Source of the DNA: Pseudomonadota bacterium
GTDB lineage: Bacteria > Pseudomonadota > Alphaproteobacteria > Rhizobiales > Tepidamorphaceae
Assembly (NCBI GenBank): GCA_039819185.1
Contig: JBCBSK010000001.1
Location: 1-58,832, forward strand
DNA length: 58,832 nt
Direction of reading: 5' to 3'
A program made the position numbers and the translations under genes. The notes beneath the pieces are model-generated. The model ran no database searches. It saw only the letters and a list, made by a program, of their open reading frames with translations, and was not told where the DNA came from. Below are positions 38,112 to 49,387 of this stretch, in pieces (positions within the stretch are counted from its first letter, which is position 1; each line of letters starts with the position of its first letter).

Positions 38112-38993
38112 ATGTCGCATAACTTCGAAGATGATCTCAGCGGCTTCGCCGAAACCCTGGAACAGGTTCTCGTCGATCTGATTGGTCAGACGGACACAGA
38201 CAGGGTGCGCGCGGCCATGGCCCACGCCGTGCTCGGTGGCGGTAAGCGCGTCCGACCCTATCTCGTCGCCCGCACGGCCGCGCTCTTCGGGATTGATCAA
38301 GCCGACACGCTGCGTGTTGGGGCGGCTCTGGAACTCCTGCATGCCTATAGCCTCGTCCACGATGATTTGCCGGCGATGGACGACGACGATCTCCGGCGCG
38401 GCAAGCCGACCGTCCACATCGCTTTTGATGAGGCGACGGCGATCCTTGCTGGCGATGGGCTTCAGACACTAGCCTTCGAGGTTCTGGTTGATCCCGAAAC
38501 CCATGAGGATCCGGCAGTTCGGGCGGACTTGTGTCTCGGCCTCGCGCGCGCCTCAGGCGTCGACGGCATGGTTGGTGGGCAGATGCGCGACATTATGGCC
38601 GAAACAGCTGCGCTCGATCTGGACGGCACCCTCGTCATGCAGGCGATGAAGACCGGTGCCCTGTTTCGCTTCGCCTGCGACGCAGGTGCCATCCTCGGCG
38701 GCGCGGACAACACGGCCCGGGACGCGCTTCGCCGTTATGCTGGCGCCATCGGCACGGCATTTCAAATCGCAGACGATCTCTTGGATCGGAAGAGCGATGC
38801 AGCAACACTCGGCAAAGCCGCTGGCAAGGATCGGGACAGAGGCAAGGCGACCCTGGTCGATCTTCTCGGCGACGAGGCGGCACACTCGCGATTGGATGGG
38901 CTCGTTGCAAATGCCGAAGATGCTGTTTCGGGCTTTCGGAATGCCACGCATCTCAAGGCACTCGCCCGCTTTATCCGCAATCGCGAGCGATAA
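38112..38993 (+). CDS. ispA: Polyprenyl (farnesyl/geranylgeranyl) diphosphate synthase
   Basis: First Asp-rich motif LVHDDLPAMDDDDLRRGKPT; second motif FQIADDLLD. Confidence 0.88.
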   Translation: MSHNFEDDLSGFAETLEQVLVDLIGQTDTDRVRAAMAHAVLGGGKRVRPYLVARTAALFGIDQADTLRVGAALELLHAYSLVHDDLPAMDDDDLRRGKPTVHIAFDEATAILAGDGLQTLAFEVLVDPETHEDPAVRADLCLGLARASGVDGMVGGQMRDIMAETAALDLDGTLVMQAMKTGALFRFACDAGAILGGADNTARDALRRYAGAIGTAFQIADDLLDRKSDAATLGKAAGKDRDRGKATLVDLLGDEAAHSRLDGLVANAEDAVSGFRNATHLKALARFIRNRER

Positions 38994-39010
38994 TTGCGGC
39001 GCCTGATGGG

Positions 39011-39772
39011 TCAGGTCAGCGTTCTGACGAAGAACGCAATCAGGTGCTCAAACAGCATGTTTTCGGTGTTGCCGTCCGGCAGATGGTCCTGGCCGTCAAG
39101 ATAATGTACTTCGGGCGCACGACCGGCAGCGGTCAGGCGCGCTTCGAGGCGCCGTGTCATCTCGACGCTCCACACCCGGTCCGCTGTGCCATGACTGAGG
39201 AACAGCGGCCCATCATAGCGCTCGATCTCGATTCGAGCGGTCGGCATCAGCCCGTCGGCTGAGCCACGCCACGTCCAGGCACGCTCGGCGGGGTCCCAGG
39301 CCTGCCAGCCGGGATCACCGGCATCACGCCAGCGTTTGGCGTCGAAGGCACCACAAATAACATCGGCGGGACTGTGGACCGCGACCGCATCCGGCAAGGG
39401 CGCCACGCCATCGCGCACCATCAGGGATGTCAGAAGCAGCGCATGTTCTCCCCCGCGCGAGACGCCATAAAGGCCGATCTTGTTGCCCGAAACCGGAAAT
39501 TCACGCAGAGCATCAAGTGCATCAACAGTACGGTCGAGAGGCACATCGCGAATGGCACCCGCATTCCAGCCATTGCCGTCGCGGGAATAACTCAGGGGAA
39601 ACGCGAGAAAGCCGTGCACTGCCAACATAACCGCATTGCGGTGGCTCCAGCCGGACCAGCCGCCCTCGGACCCGTGCAGCAGGAGCACGGTCGGGAACGG
39701 TCCGTCGCCCGGTGGGCCATAGGTTGTGCCCCATCCGGGCAACAGGCGACGAACGACTTTGAGCACGCTCAC
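39011..39772 (-). CDS. Alpha/beta hydrolase (dienelactone hydrolase / BAAT C-terminal-like)
   Basis: 253 aa. Nucleophile elbow GVSRGG; HG-type oxyanion region [10 protein letters not shown]; C-terminal His in GQDH. The start overlaps the ispG stop by 4 bp. Confidence 0.75.
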   Translation of the reverse strand: MSVLKVVRRLLPGWGTTYGPPGDGPFPTVLLLHGSEGGWSGWSHRNAVMLAVHGFLAFPLSYSRDGNGWNAGAIRDVPLDRTVDALDALREFPVSGNKIGLYGVSRGGEHALLLTSLMVRDGVAPLPDAVAVHSPADVICGAFDAKRWRDAGDPGWQAWDPAERAWTWRGSADGLMPTARIEIERYDGPLFLSHGTADRVWSVEMTRRLEARLTAAGRAPEVHYLDGQDHLPDGNTENMLFEHLIAFFVRTLT

Positions 39773-41025
39773 TCTGCTGCGTCAGCCGGCTTCGCACCAT
39801 CGCCGAAGCGGTTATCGATATAGTCGATCACCATGGTCTTGAACTCGTCCGCGATCTTCGGACCACGCAAGGTCACGGTCTTCTTGCCGTCGACGAATAC
39901 GGGGGCTGACGGCTGCTCGCCGGTGCCGGGTAGCGAGATACCGATATCGGCATGTTTGGATTCACCTGGACCGTTCACGATGCAGCCCATCACGGCGACG
40001 TTGAGCGTCTCAACGCCAGGGTATTTCTCGCGCCACACCGGCATTTCCGCTGAGAGGAAGGTCTCGATGTCCTTGGCGAGTTCCTGAAAGACGGTCGAGG
40101 TCGTCCGACCGCAACCGGGGCAGGCGGTCACGACCGGCACGAAGGACCTCAGGCCCATCGATTGCAAAATCTCCTGACAGACCTTGACCTCGAGCGTCCG
40201 GTCGCCGCCCGGCTCAGGCGTCAGCGACACGCGGATCGTGTCGCCGATGCCCATCTGCAGGAGCACCGCGAGCCCCGCGGTCGAGGCGACGATCCCCTTC
40301 GAGCCCATGCCCGCCTCGGTCAAGCCAAGATGCAGACCATAGGCGCAGCGCGCGGCAAGTGACTGATAGACAGCAATCAGATCCTGAACCTGGCTGACCT
40401 TGGCCGACAGCAGGATCTTGTCTGACGGTAAGCCGATCTCCTCGGCACGCTGAGCCGACAGAAGTGCTGACTGGACGATCGCCTCACGGGTTACCGCGCG
40501 AGCATCCTCGGGGTCGGCCCTTTCCGCGTTCTCATCCATCAGTCGGGTCAGAAGATCCTGATCAAGGCTGCCCCAATTGACGCCGATCCGGACCGGCTTG
40601 TCATAATCGAGCGCCATCTCGATCATCTGCCCGAATTGCAGATCGCGCTTTTCCTTGAAGCCGACATTGCCGGGATTGATGCGGTACTTCGCCAGCGCCT
40701 CGGCACAAGCAGGATGATCACTCAGAAGCCGATGGCCGATATAGTGGAAATCGCCGACCAGAGGCACATCAACGCCCATCAGCATCAGACGGTCGCGGAT
40801 GTGCGGCACGGCTGCGGCCGAGTCGTCCCGGTCGACGGTGATACGGACGACTTCGGAGCCAGCCCGCGCAAGCGCCGCGACTTGACGCACCGTGCCGTCG
40901 ATATCGGCTGTGTCGGTGTTGGTCATCGACTGAACGACGACCGGCGCGTCGCCTCCGACAGTCACATTGCCAACCATGACAGGAATGGACCGCCTGCGCG
41001 GCGCTGTCTGTCCTGAAAACTGCAT
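39769..41025 (-). CDS. ispG: 4-hydroxy-3-methylbut-2-en-1-yl diphosphate synthase (flavodoxin)
   Basis: ATG 41025 after [43 protein letters not shown]...; Fe-S cysteines in ACPGCGRT and GCIVNGPGE. Confidence 0.93.
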   Translation of the reverse strand: MQFSGQTAPRRRSIPVMVGNVTVGGDAPVVVQSMTNTDTADIDGTVRQVAALARAGSEVVRITVDRDDSAAAVPHIRDRLMLMGVDVPLVGDFHYIGHRLLSDHPACAEALAKYRINPGNVGFKEKRDLQFGQMIEMALDYDKPVRIGVNWGSLDQDLLTRLMDENAERADPEDARAVTREAIVQSALLSAQRAEEIGLPSDKILLSAKVSQVQDLIAVYQSLAARCAYGLHLGLTEAGMGSKGIVASTAGLAVLLQMGIGDTIRVSLTPEPGGDRTLEVKVCQEILQSMGLRSFVPVVTACPGCGRTTSTVFQELAKDIETFLSAEMPVWREKYPGVETLNVAVMGCIVNGPGESKHADIGISLPGTGEQPSAPVFVDGKKTVTLRGPKIADEFKTMVIDYIDNRFGDGAKPADAAE

Positions 41026-41292
41026 CCCGATCTCCTCAGGGGGCGGCGCATGTCCTGAACCGCTCAGATGGGGATATATCGCCGGACTGGGGACAAGGCC
41101 AGTCGGTATGGCAGGTTCGCTAGCAAGGTATATCTGACGCCAGCCAGTGCTCAAAAAGCTATCTTTTGCGGTACTGGTGGCAACAAGCCCTATCCCGCAG
41201 TGCCCACGCTTTGCGCTTGCACTGGCCCGCTGATACCGGCACACAAACGGGGAGACTCTAGCTCGTCTCGGTCGGAACCAATAACCCCTGGG

Positions 41293-42369
41293 ATGCGTGC
41301 CATGGCGGCTTCAAAAAGCGATGTCCGCAAGATCAATCTCGCGCTTCAGGGCGGCGGAGCGCATGGCGCTTTCACCTGGGGCGTCCTCGACAGACTGTTG
41401 TCGGACGGACGCATCGAGATCGAGGGCATCACCGGAACGAGCGCTGGCGCCATGAACGGAGCCGTCCTAGCAAACGGCTATGCCGAAGGCGGAGCAGAAG
41501 GGGCGCGCGCCCATCTCAAAGAGTTCTGGCGCACGATCGCGCAATTCTCTCGTGCAAGTCCCGTGCAGCGGACAATCTTCGACGTCCTGTTCAACAATTA
41601 CAGCCTCGACCATTCACCGGGCTATCTGGCGATGGACATCATCTCACGGTTTGCCTCGCCCTATGATTTCAACCCGCTGAACCTCAACCCCTTGCGTGAT
41701 CTCGTCGAGCGCACGATCGACTTCGACAAGGTGCACAAATGCAAAGGCGTAAAACTGTTCGTGGCCGCGACCGACGTCTTCGAAGGCAAAGTCAAGGTGT
41801 TCGGCTCAACTGAGGTGACATCCGATGCGCTGATGGCCTCGGCCTGCCTTCCACAAATGTTCCATGCCGTGGAAATCGACGGCATCCCCTATTGGGATGG
41901 TGGGTTCATGGGCAACCCGCCGCTATTTCCGCTGTTTTACGAGTGCAACTCTGACGACACGCTTCTGGTGCAAATCAATCCGGTCGAGCGACGCACCGTA
42001 CCGCGTTCGGCGCGTGAGATCCTCGACCGGGTGAACGAGATCACCTTCAACTCCTCTCTCTTGCGCGAGTTGCGCACGATTGAGTTCGTCGGGCGGATGA
42101 TCCGCGAGGAACGACTCGACCCGAAGAAATACCGCGACGTGAAGTTGCACCGGATCGATGGTGGTGACGACCTGATCGAACTTTCTGCGTCATCGAAGCT
42201 CAATGCCGAATGGGGCTTTCTCAGACATTTACGCGACATCGGGCGCATGCACGCCTCAGCCTGGCTGGACGCTCATTTCGATGACATCGGCAAGCGCGGG
42301 ACCCTCGATCTGCGAACCATGTTTGAAACCAAGCAAAGTCTCCAACACGCCGTCCTGCCGAGGCACTGA
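41293..42369 (+). CDS. Patatin-like phospholipase family protein
   Basis: [21 protein letters not shown] (oxyanion GGGxxG), GTSAG nucleophile, WDGGF catalytic Asp region. ATG 41293 (or 41302). Confidence 0.88.
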   Translation: MRAMAASKSDVRKINLALQGGGAHGAFTWGVLDRLLSDGRIEIEGITGTSAGAMNGAVLANGYAEGGAEGARAHLKEFWRTIAQFSRASPVQRTIFDVLFNNYSLDHSPGYLAMDIISRFASPYDFNPLNLNPLRDLVERTIDFDKVHKCKGVKLFVAATDVFEGKVKVFGSTEVTSDALMASACLPQMFHAVEIDGIPYWDGGFMGNPPLFPLFYECNSDDTLLVQINPVERRTVPRSAREILDRVNEITFNSSLLRELRTIEFVGRMIREERLDPKKYRDVKLHRIDGGDDLIELSASSKLNAEWGFLRHLRDIGRMHASAWLDAHFDDIGKRGTLDLRTMFETKQSLQHAVLPRH

Positions 42370-42399
42370 TCGAGCCTGCGTGAGTTTGGAACCGTAGCC

Positions 42400-43149
42400 A
42401 TGAGACTGGTCAGATATCTCAGCGCCGTCGGGTGCTTGGCCGCGTCAACGCTTGCGGCCATTGCCACGACCGATGTTCCTCTGCCTCGCGAAAAACCACA
42501 ATTGCCGACGGAGGCCGAGGCTGCAACCGACGGTCCAGTCAACGATCAAACCACGACACCGGACGAAGGCGCGGAACCGGATCGTCTGCTCGGGCGACCC
42601 GTTGACGACAGTGCCCTGGCGCTCTGCCTAGCCGATTTGGAGCGGTTGGGCGTTGTATTCGAACCCGTTGCCGAGATTGAGGACGCGCCCTGCCAGGTCT
42701 TCGCACCGCTAAATGTGACGGCCTTGCGCGGCGTGTCTCTGTCAGTGTCGGCGACCCTGACCTGCGACATGGCACGCGCGACGGCCGAATGGCTGGACGA
42801 TATCGTCCATCCCGAGGCGCGCCGCCTAGGCGCCGATCTCACGGGCCTGCAGGTCGCGGCGTCCTATATTTGCCGCACGCGCAACAGCCAGGAGGGTGCC
42901 GAGATCTCCGAGCATGGCCACGCCAACGCGCTCGACATCTCGGCCTTTCTTTTCGAGACCCGTCCACCGATCGCGGTTCAGCCCTATGATCGATTGAATA
43001 GCCGGGAGACCTTGTTTCTGGACCGTGTGCGCACAGGCGCCTGTCATCATGCAATGACCGTGCTCGGCCCGGGATCGGATGGGTTTCATGCCGATCACAT
43101 CCATTTGGATGCCGCCCCCCGCAGCGGCGGTTATCGCCTCTGCCGATAG
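42400..43149 (+). CDS. Extensin-like C-terminal domain protein
   Basis: Signal peptide MRLVRYLSAVGCLAASTLAA. Conserved ISEHGHANALDISAF ... GFHADHIHLD. Confidence 0.8.
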   Translation: MRLVRYLSAVGCLAASTLAAIATTDVPLPREKPQLPTEAEAATDGPVNDQTTTPDEGAEPDRLLGRPVDDSALALCLADLERLGVVFEPVAEIEDAPCQVFAPLNVTALRGVSLSVSATLTCDMARATAEWLDDIVHPEARRLGADLTGLQVAASYICRTRNSQEGAEISEHGHANALDISAFLFETRPPIAVQPYDRLNSRETLFLDRVRTGACHHAMTVLGPGSDGFHADHIHLDAAPRSGGYRLCR

Positions 43150-43183
43150 GGGCTTAGTTCGCGACCTTCATCCGAGGTGATTC

Positions 43184-44107
43184 ATGCAGCTCGACCCCGA
43201 CTATGCACGCCTGGCAGCACCGCTCGACGACTATGAAGCGGACTGGGTCAACGGCGTGCCGGACACTTTACGCAAAGCCTATTCGAATGCCCGTGCAGCC
43301 CTTGATGGCGATGTCCATCCGGAGTGCACGATCACACCCTTCCCCGAGACAGCGCCGGTGCGGGGTCTCCGCTTTCAGCCAGAGAGCGACACAGCCAAAC
43401 CCGGAACCGCGATCGTCTTCTTTCACGGCGGCAGCTTCACGGTCGGCTCTCCAGAGACGCACAAGGTGATGACGTCCTATCTTGCCGCCGAAACGGGCCT
43501 CCCCGTCTATTCCATCGATTATGGGCTGGCCCCGGAGCATCCCTATCCGAGTCAACGAGAGGAAGGGGTCAGAGCGGTCGAGGCCGTCCTGACCGGCGTC
43601 TGCGATGCATCAGGCCGGGGACCGGAACGGTTACTACTTGCAGGAGATTCCGCTGGGGCCGCGATCTGTTTCTGGGTCGACGCCAAGCTCGACGACGAAC
43701 CGCGGAGCAAGATTGACGGCATTCTCGCGATTTATGGCGCCTTCGGTGCAGACCGCAGCAACAGCAGCGCTAACGGCGAGGCCGGATCAGGGCTGTCCAA
43801 GACCGAGCTTGACGCAGCCCTTGCCCGCCTCGGCAATCCAGCCGACCTAGCAGACGATCCGGTCTTCCGGATCGTCGCATCTGCGCGAATGGATGGACCG
43901 CCCTGCTATCTCGCTGCCGCCGCGTTGGACCCGGTCTGCATCGACAGCGAGGTTCTGCACACACGTCTGACAGAAGGCGGGCGCGATACCGTGCTCGACA
44001 TCGCACCCGGTCTGCCGCATGGCTACATGCACTTCGTTGCGCGCGTTCCGGCGGTGCGGGCCGCCTTCGACCGTGCGGTGGAATGGATCCGCGCGATCGT
44101 CACCTAG
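43184..44107 (+). CDS. Alpha/beta hydrolase (HSL-type esterase/lipase)
   Basis: HGG oxyanion motif FFHGGSF, nucleophile GDSAG, C-terminal His in PHGYMHF. GAGGTG RBS. Confidence 0.85.
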   Translation: MQLDPDYARLAAPLDDYEADWVNGVPDTLRKAYSNARAALDGDVHPECTITPFPETAPVRGLRFQPESDTAKPGTAIVFFHGGSFTVGSPETHKVMTSYLAAETGLPVYSIDYGLAPEHPYPSQREEGVRAVEAVLTGVCDASGRGPERLLLAGDSAGAAICFWVDAKLDDEPRSKIDGILAIYGAFGADRSNSSANGEAGSGLSKTELDAALARLGNPADLADDPVFRIVASARMDGPPCYLAAAALDPVCIDSEVLHTRLTEGGRDTVLDIAPGLPHGYMHFVARVPAVRAAFDRAVEWIRAIVT

Positions 44108-44131
44108 ATCGGACCCGTCTTGCGATAGCGC

Positions 44132-45694
44132 TTAACTCTCGCGCCACCAGCGTTCCATCGACTTCCAGCCATCGACATCGCGATTGGCGCCCAAGGCATC
44201 ATGGCCGACGCCGGTACGGGTTGCGAAAACGTATTGCGCATAGACCGGGATGACGGTGCCGCCATCATCCTTCACGATCTCCTGCATCTCCCAATACATA
44301 TCGCGGCGGGTGTCAGTATCGAGTTCGGTGCGAGCCTGGACGAGAAGCTCATTGAACCGGTCGTTCGCCCAACGCGCGTCGTTCCAGGGAGCCTCGGCCG
44401 CATATCCGGTGCTGAACATCAGGTCTTCGGTCGGCCGGCCGCTCCAGAACGCGGTGCAGAACGGCTTTTTCAGCCAGACATTCGACCAGTAACCGTCGTC
44501 TGGTTCACGTACCACCTCGATCTTAACACCGGCGGCAGCGGCAGATTCGGCGAACAGAACCGCCGCATCGACGGCGCCCGGGAAGGCAGCATCGGCGCAA
44601 TGAAGCTGCACCGACAGGCTGTCGAGACCGGCTTCGCCGAGATGGAACCGAGCCCGATCCGGATCATAGGCGCGTTGCTCCATCTCCGAATTGAAGAACC
44701 GGTTGGCCGGGGTGATCGGACTGTCATTGCCCACCTGGCCATAGCCGGACAGAAGCGTCTCGACCAGTTGCTCGCGGTTGATGGCATATTTCAGCGCAAG
44801 CCGCACGTTCGGATCGTCGAAGGGGGCGGTGTCCGTGAACATCGGCATCGTATAATGCTGAGTGCCCGTCACTGCATGGATGTTGATGTTCGAATCGCGC
44901 TGCAGCAGAGCCACGGTCGACAGATCGACACCGCCGATCGCGTCGACTTCACCGGTGACGAGCGCATTGGTCCGCGCAGTCTGATCGTTGATCGACAGAA
45001 CCTGGACCCGGTCGAAATGCGCCCGGCCCTCTTTCCAATAGTCCGGGTTGCGCTCGCCGACATAGCGCACGCCGGGCTCGAACTCGACAAGCTTGTAGCC
45101 GCCAGTCGACACGCCCTCCTGCCAGTCTGGCTTGCCATCAACGTCCGGGAAGATGACGAAGAAATACTCCGACGTCACGAAGGGGAAGTCGGCATTGCCG
45201 GTCGCAAGCTCGAAGACGACGGTCAGATCGTCGTCCTTGCGAATGTCTGTGACGCCATCGAGCAGCGACTTGCCACCGGAATTGGTCTCGTCGCCGCGAT
45301 GGTGGTTGAAACTTGCGATGACATCATCGGCAGTCAGCGACTTACCGTTATGGAAGGTAACGCCAGAACGCAGCCGGAAGGTCCAGATACGTGCGTCGGG
45401 GCTCGGCTCCCAGAACTCGGCAAGCTCCGGGACCGCGGCGCCGCTTGCATCGACCTCCGCCAGGCAATTGCCGATCGCGCCGGTCATGAAGTGGTTGATG
45501 ATGCCGGTGCCATAGGTTGCGGGATCAAGCGATTCCGCCGTATTGCCGCCGCGCACCGCAAGCGTGTAGCTCCCACCACGCTGCGGCGTCGACGCACGCG
45601 CCGCCCGCAAGCCCAGCGGCCCGAGCCCTGCCATAAGCCCACCAGCCATCAGTCCAGCGTTGAATTGGCGACGATCCAAAAGTTTCCCGACCAT
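44132..45694 (-). CDS. ABC transporter substrate-binding protein (family 5, peptide type), orphan
   Basis: ATG 45694 after AGGGGAGAG. Tat-like signal MVGKLLDRRQFNAGLMAGGLMAGLGPLGLRAARA. There are no adjacent permease genes. Confidence 0.85.
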   Translation of the reverse strand: MVGKLLDRRQFNAGLMAGGLMAGLGPLGLRAARASTPQRGGSYTLAVRGGNTAESLDPATYGTGIINHFMTGAIGNCLAEVDASGAAVPELAEFWEPSPDARIWTFRLRSGVTFHNGKSLTADDVIASFNHHRGDETNSGGKSLLDGVTDIRKDDDLTVVFELATGNADFPFVTSEYFFVIFPDVDGKPDWQEGVSTGGYKLVEFEPGVRYVGERNPDYWKEGRAHFDRVQVLSINDQTARTNALVTGEVDAIGGVDLSTVALLQRDSNINIHAVTGTQHYTMPMFTDTAPFDDPNVRLALKYAINREQLVETLLSGYGQVGNDSPITPANRFFNSEMEQRAYDPDRARFHLGEAGLDSLSVQLHCADAAFPGAVDAAVLFAESAAAAGVKIEVVREPDDGYWSNVWLKKPFCTAFWSGRPTEDLMFSTGYAAEAPWNDARWANDRFNELLVQARTELDTDTRRDMYWEMQEIVKDDGGTVIPVYAQYVFATRTGVGHDALGANRDVDGWKSMERWWRES

Positions 45695-45864
45695 GATGCT
45701 CTCCCCTTGCGGCGCCTTGGATGGGCCGTTTGTCGTTCCATGACACAGATGGAACAGATTATGCCCTAGGGAAGACAGGTTTAGCGATGGCACGCAACCA
45801 ATTCTGCCATGCTGTGATCACGGGGCTGAAACTGGCCGAAACGTTCAGACCAAAGGGCTGAAAG

Positions 45865-46713
45865 TCAGTCTTGACCAAATGCCCAGTCAAGACCATCGCC
45901 AACCCAGTCAGCGCGGAAATTATGCCCGCCATCGTGCAGACATAGTTCGATTGTCGTGCCGGCCGCACAGGCACTCCAGGTCTCGCAGGACAGACCATCC
46001 GTTGTCTGGCTCATAAATGCGTCGGCGCTGCAGGCATTGGCCGCCAGCAGACGGTCGACACCGAGCAAGACATCCCCCTGATGCCACTGACCGTTGTCGC
46101 CGATCGGCCGCCCCGCCATCGGCACGACCGTGTCACTGGTGCCGTGAATGTGGCGCACGGTCGCTTGGCTTGGGCAGGCGTCCGGTAGTGGCCGCCAGAA
46201 AGCGCCGGCCACCGGCAGGAACGCCGCATAGTCGGTGCCTTGATAACAGGCAACATCCCAGGCCATCGACCCGCCTTGCGAAAAGCCTGAGACATAGATG
46301 TGGTCTGGATCAATGCCGAAACGCATGATGATGTCAGCCCGCACCGAGGCTGTGAACGCAAGATCGTCGCGCGCGCTCGATGGCGATCCGACATGGGCCC
46401 AGGTCCGATTGCGTCCATTGGGCGCGATCAGGACGACATTTCGCGACGTGACTTCGTCGACAAGCGCCTGATTGTTCATCACAAGCAGGCCACTCTGCTG
46501 CCAGCCATGAAAGAAGATGAGCGCTGCCCGCTTGCCATCTGGCGCCCCATCTTCCCACGGCAGAACAACATGATAACTGCCGTCCGCAACCACACACGGA
46601 GTCTCCGGGCCGCCGCAAGTATCTGCCCTTGCCGGGATCGGCCCAAAAGCGGCTAACAAAGCCAGCCCTGCGACAACGGCAACCGATTGCGACAGGAAAG
46701 AACGGAACGTCAT
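45865..46713 (-). CDS. PHB depolymerase family esterase (secreted alpha/beta hydrolase)
   Basis: Signal peptide MTFRSFLSQSVAVVAGLALLAAFGPIPARA; LIFFHGWQQSG; nucleophile GFSQGG; HGTSD. Confidence 0.75.
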   Translation of the reverse strand: MTFRSFLSQSVAVVAGLALLAAFGPIPARADTCGGPETPCVVADGSYHVVLPWEDGAPDGKRAALIFFHGWQQSGLLVMNNQALVDEVTSRNVVLIAPNGRNRTWAHVGSPSSARDDLAFTASVRADIIMRFGIDPDHIYVSGFSQGGSMAWDVACYQGTDYAAFLPVAGAFWRPLPDACPSQATVRHIHGTSDTVVPMAGRPIGDNGQWHQGDVLLGVDRLLAANACSADAFMSQTTDGLSCETWSACAAGTTIELCLHDGGHNFRADWVGDGLDWAFGQD

Positions 46714-47010
46714 GGGGCCCTCCGCAAGATCAATCTACAGACTTTTTACGGAGGTCTTACGTCGACGTCTCGCATGAAGGCTCGGGGTGACGCAGTCGTG
46801 ATCGTCGGCAGTCTCCTCACCATGACGACAATCAACCTCTTAAGGTTATTGACCAGAGTCTTACAAGTTCGAGTTAAGGTTAAATGTCATAAAATATGCT
46901 CAGTGTATTTGATTCCATCTCACATTAAGCAATATTCACGCTCTCTTGATAGGTGAGTTCTGCTGATGAGCAGATGTCATCGATAGATTGAAGCGAATGG
47001 TGCGGGCATT

Positions 47011-47946
47011 ATGACACAGAAGATCTTTACCGACTGGCAGCCGAAACATGCAGCACTCTGGGGACAGCATCCCCTGAGGCTGAAACATAGCCTGGCGGAG
47101 TCGCCTCTGTTCAGCAATTCGGCCTTGGCCGAACTGATCAGCAGCTATCCGCGTGAGCACTATGACCTTTTGCACACGGCGGAAGTCGGCGCAGCGCGTC
47201 GCGAATGGCGCGAGGGCGAAATTGGCTCGGCCAGCGGCGAAGATGTCATGGACGCCGTGCGCGACGGGCGGATGTGGATCAATCTGCGCCGCGTCATGGA
47301 GGTCGACGCACGCTATGACGGTGTGCTGAAGGATATCTTCGCTGAGCTCTCCAGCCGCGTTCCGGGCTTTGACCCCTACAAGCTCAATCTCGGCATCCTG
47401 ATCTCGTCACCGAAAGCGCAAGTCTATTATCACGCCGACATTCCCGGTCAGTCGCTGTGGCAGATCCGCGGCACCAAGCGCGTCTATGTCTATCCGACGA
47501 TCGAAACGCTGCTTCCGAAGCCGACGCTCGAGGGGATTATTCTGGGCTCGACCGAAGAAGAATTCGACTATGAGCCCTGGTATGACGATTGTGCCCAGGT
47601 GGTCGATCTCGAACCCGGCGAGATGCTGCACTGGCCGCTCAACTGCCCACACAGGGTTGAAAACCACGACATGCTCAATGTGTCGCTGACAACGGAGCAC
47701 TGGACCGAAGAGCTCAAGCGCCACTATGTCGTGAACTATGCCAATGGCGTGATGCGCCATCGCTTCGGCCTGACACCGAAGGGGCACGACACGACCGGCC
47801 TTGGCTATTACGCCAAGCTCGGCCTTGCCGGCATTTGGAAAGTTGCCGGCCTGCAGAAGTCCAAGGAAGTCAAGCGGACCGTCGACTTCCGGCTCAATCC
47901 GCAAGCCGCCGATTTCATGCTGGACATCCCGGCCTATCAGCGCTGA
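47011..47946 (+). CDS. Cupin/JmjC-like putative Fe(II)/2-oxoglutarate oxygenase
   Basis: 311 aa. Candidate facial triad HAD (VYYHADIPG) plus a downstream His (NCPHRVENHD), set in beta-rich context. The family assignment is by pattern only. Confidence 0.55.
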   Translation: MTQKIFTDWQPKHAALWGQHPLRLKHSLAESPLFSNSALAELISSYPREHYDLLHTAEVGAARREWREGEIGSASGEDVMDAVRDGRMWINLRRVMEVDARYDGVLKDIFAELSSRVPGFDPYKLNLGILISSPKAQVYYHADIPGQSLWQIRGTKRVYVYPTIETLLPKPTLEGIILGSTEEEFDYEPWYDDCAQVVDLEPGEMLHWPLNCPHRVENHDMLNVSLTTEHWTEELKRHYVVNYANGVMRHRFGLTPKGHDTTGLGYYAKLGLAGIWKVAGLQKSKEVKRTVDFRLNPQAADFMLDIPAYQR

Positions 47947-47995
47947 AGGCCCGTCCCGACCTAAGTCGGCACGCGATATCCGTTTTCGAAGGCGG

Positions 47996-49231
47996 TCAGG
48001 CTCTGGCCGCCTTCTGCCATGTCATGAAGGCGGCCTTCAAATCGTGGTTCACATCGCCCACCTCGGCTGGGCTTGGCTCAAAGCCAGAGGACAGCATACG
48101 CCGACCGAGCATGTGATCACCCGGCTTGTTGACCGACTCGACCGCGCGCAACGTCTCGCCCACATAGCGAAACACCGAGAAGGCGCCATCTTCGGGACTG
48201 CCACGCACAATGTCGGTGTCCGCATCAAGCGCGAGCCCGACCATCTGTAATTTGACCGGCCCTTGATCCGACCAGAACCACGGCGTTTCGCTATAGTCTT
48301 TCGGCTCACCCAGCAGCGTCGCCACGGCCTGACGGGCCTGGTCATGAGCGTTCTGCACCGATTCAAGCCGCAACATCTCGCCTGAGAGGTGATACGGAAA
48401 CGCGACGCAGTCGCCCGCCGCAACGATCTTTGGATCGGTCGTGCACATCGCGGCGTCGACCACAATGCCGTTGGTGACTTCGAGCCCAGCTGCGGCGGCA
48501 AGCTCGACATTCGGCACAACGCCGATGCCGACAACCGCGAGCGTCGTTTCCAACATCTCACCGTCGCCGGTCTCAACTGCGGTCAAAAGTCCGCCGGATC
48601 CATGGAACCGAGCAAGCCCGGTCCCAAGCCGAATATCGCTGCCAAGATCGCGATGTACATTGAGCATATGAGCGCTGATCTGAGGGGCGACGGCGCGTGC
48701 CATGAGACGAGGCGCTAGTTCCAAGACCGTGACCTCGACGCCAAGCGCGCGGGCGGTCGCTGCAACCTCGAGCCCGATGAACCCACCGCCCACGATCACC
48801 GCCCGACCTGACTCCACAAGCCTCTCGCGTAGCCAGCCGGCATCTTCCAGCGTGCGTAGCATATGGATGCCTTGGAGATCGGCCCCTTCGACCGGGGCAT
48901 GGCGCAGGCTTGCGCCGGTTGTCAGGATGAGCCCGTCATAATGCGCTTCGGTGCCGTCACTGAAATGTACCGCCGAAGCGATCCGGTCGATCGCGACGAC
49001 GGTCTGGTCGAGGCGTAGGTCGATCCCGTTCTCCGGATAGAAGGCTTCGGCCTTGATGAACGGCGGATCGCCGCCGTCTTTCAGAAATGCCTTTGACAGC
49101 GGCGGGCGGTGATAAGGCGCGTGGGACTCGCCACCAACCAGCATGATAGTGCCGTCAAATCCGCGCTCGCGCAGATCAGCCGCAGCCTGTGCGCCGGCAT
49201 GGCCGGCACCGACAATAATGATGTCGCGCAT
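47996..49231 (-). CDS. FAD-dependent ferredoxin/rubredoxin reductase-like oxidoreductase
   Basis: MRDIIIVGAGHAGAQAA ... YHRPPLSKAFL ... VIVGGGFIGLEVAA ... AAGDC, matching the putidaredoxin-reductase-type layout. Confidence 0.85.
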   Translation of the reverse strand: MRDIIIVGAGHAGAQAAADLRERGFDGTIMLVGGESHAPYHRPPLSKAFLKDGGDPPFIKAEAFYPENGIDLRLDQTVVAIDRIASAVHFSDGTEAHYDGLILTTGASLRHAPVEGADLQGIHMLRTLEDAGWLRERLVESGRAVIVGGGFIGLEVAATARALGVEVTVLELAPRLMARAVAPQISAHMLNVHRDLGSDIRLGTGLARFHGSGGLLTAVETGDGEMLETTLAVVGIGVVPNVELAAAAGLEVTNGIVVDAAMCTTDPKIVAAGDCVAFPYHLSGEMLRLESVQNAHDQARQAVATLLGEPKDYSETPWFWSDQGPVKLQMVGLALDADTDIVRGSPEDGAFSVFRYVGETLRAVESVNKPGDHMLGRRMLSSGFEPSPAEVGDVNHDLKAAFMTWQKAARA

Positions 49232-49387
49232 GGGAACCCGTCACTCGCGCCTTGTTTCGACTGGCCGTCGCAGCGCCGGAAGCGGCGCGCTCACGTCAAG
49301 AGCACGCCACGACTGGACCGGTCATGCAAGACTGGACGCTCACTTGACCGGACCCGACGTGTTTCGCGAGCGAGACACGCGCGCACC

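Noticed and set aside
44201-45769. A 522-aa plus-strand ORF running almost the full length of the substrate-binding protein gene, antisense to it.
   Set aside because: This is a typical stop-free shadow frame in high-GC DNA. The product is Arg/Asp/Gly/His-rich with no recognisable motifs, whereas the minus-strand frame has a Tat signal, an RBS and clear family-5 binding-protein features.
45815-45830. The 10-mer TGCTGTGATC upstream of the orphan binding-protein gene matches arm A of the interleaved repeats at 57431.
   Set aside because: A single extra 10-bp match in about 118 kb of two-strand sequence is close to chance expectation (order 0.1), and the flanks do not match.
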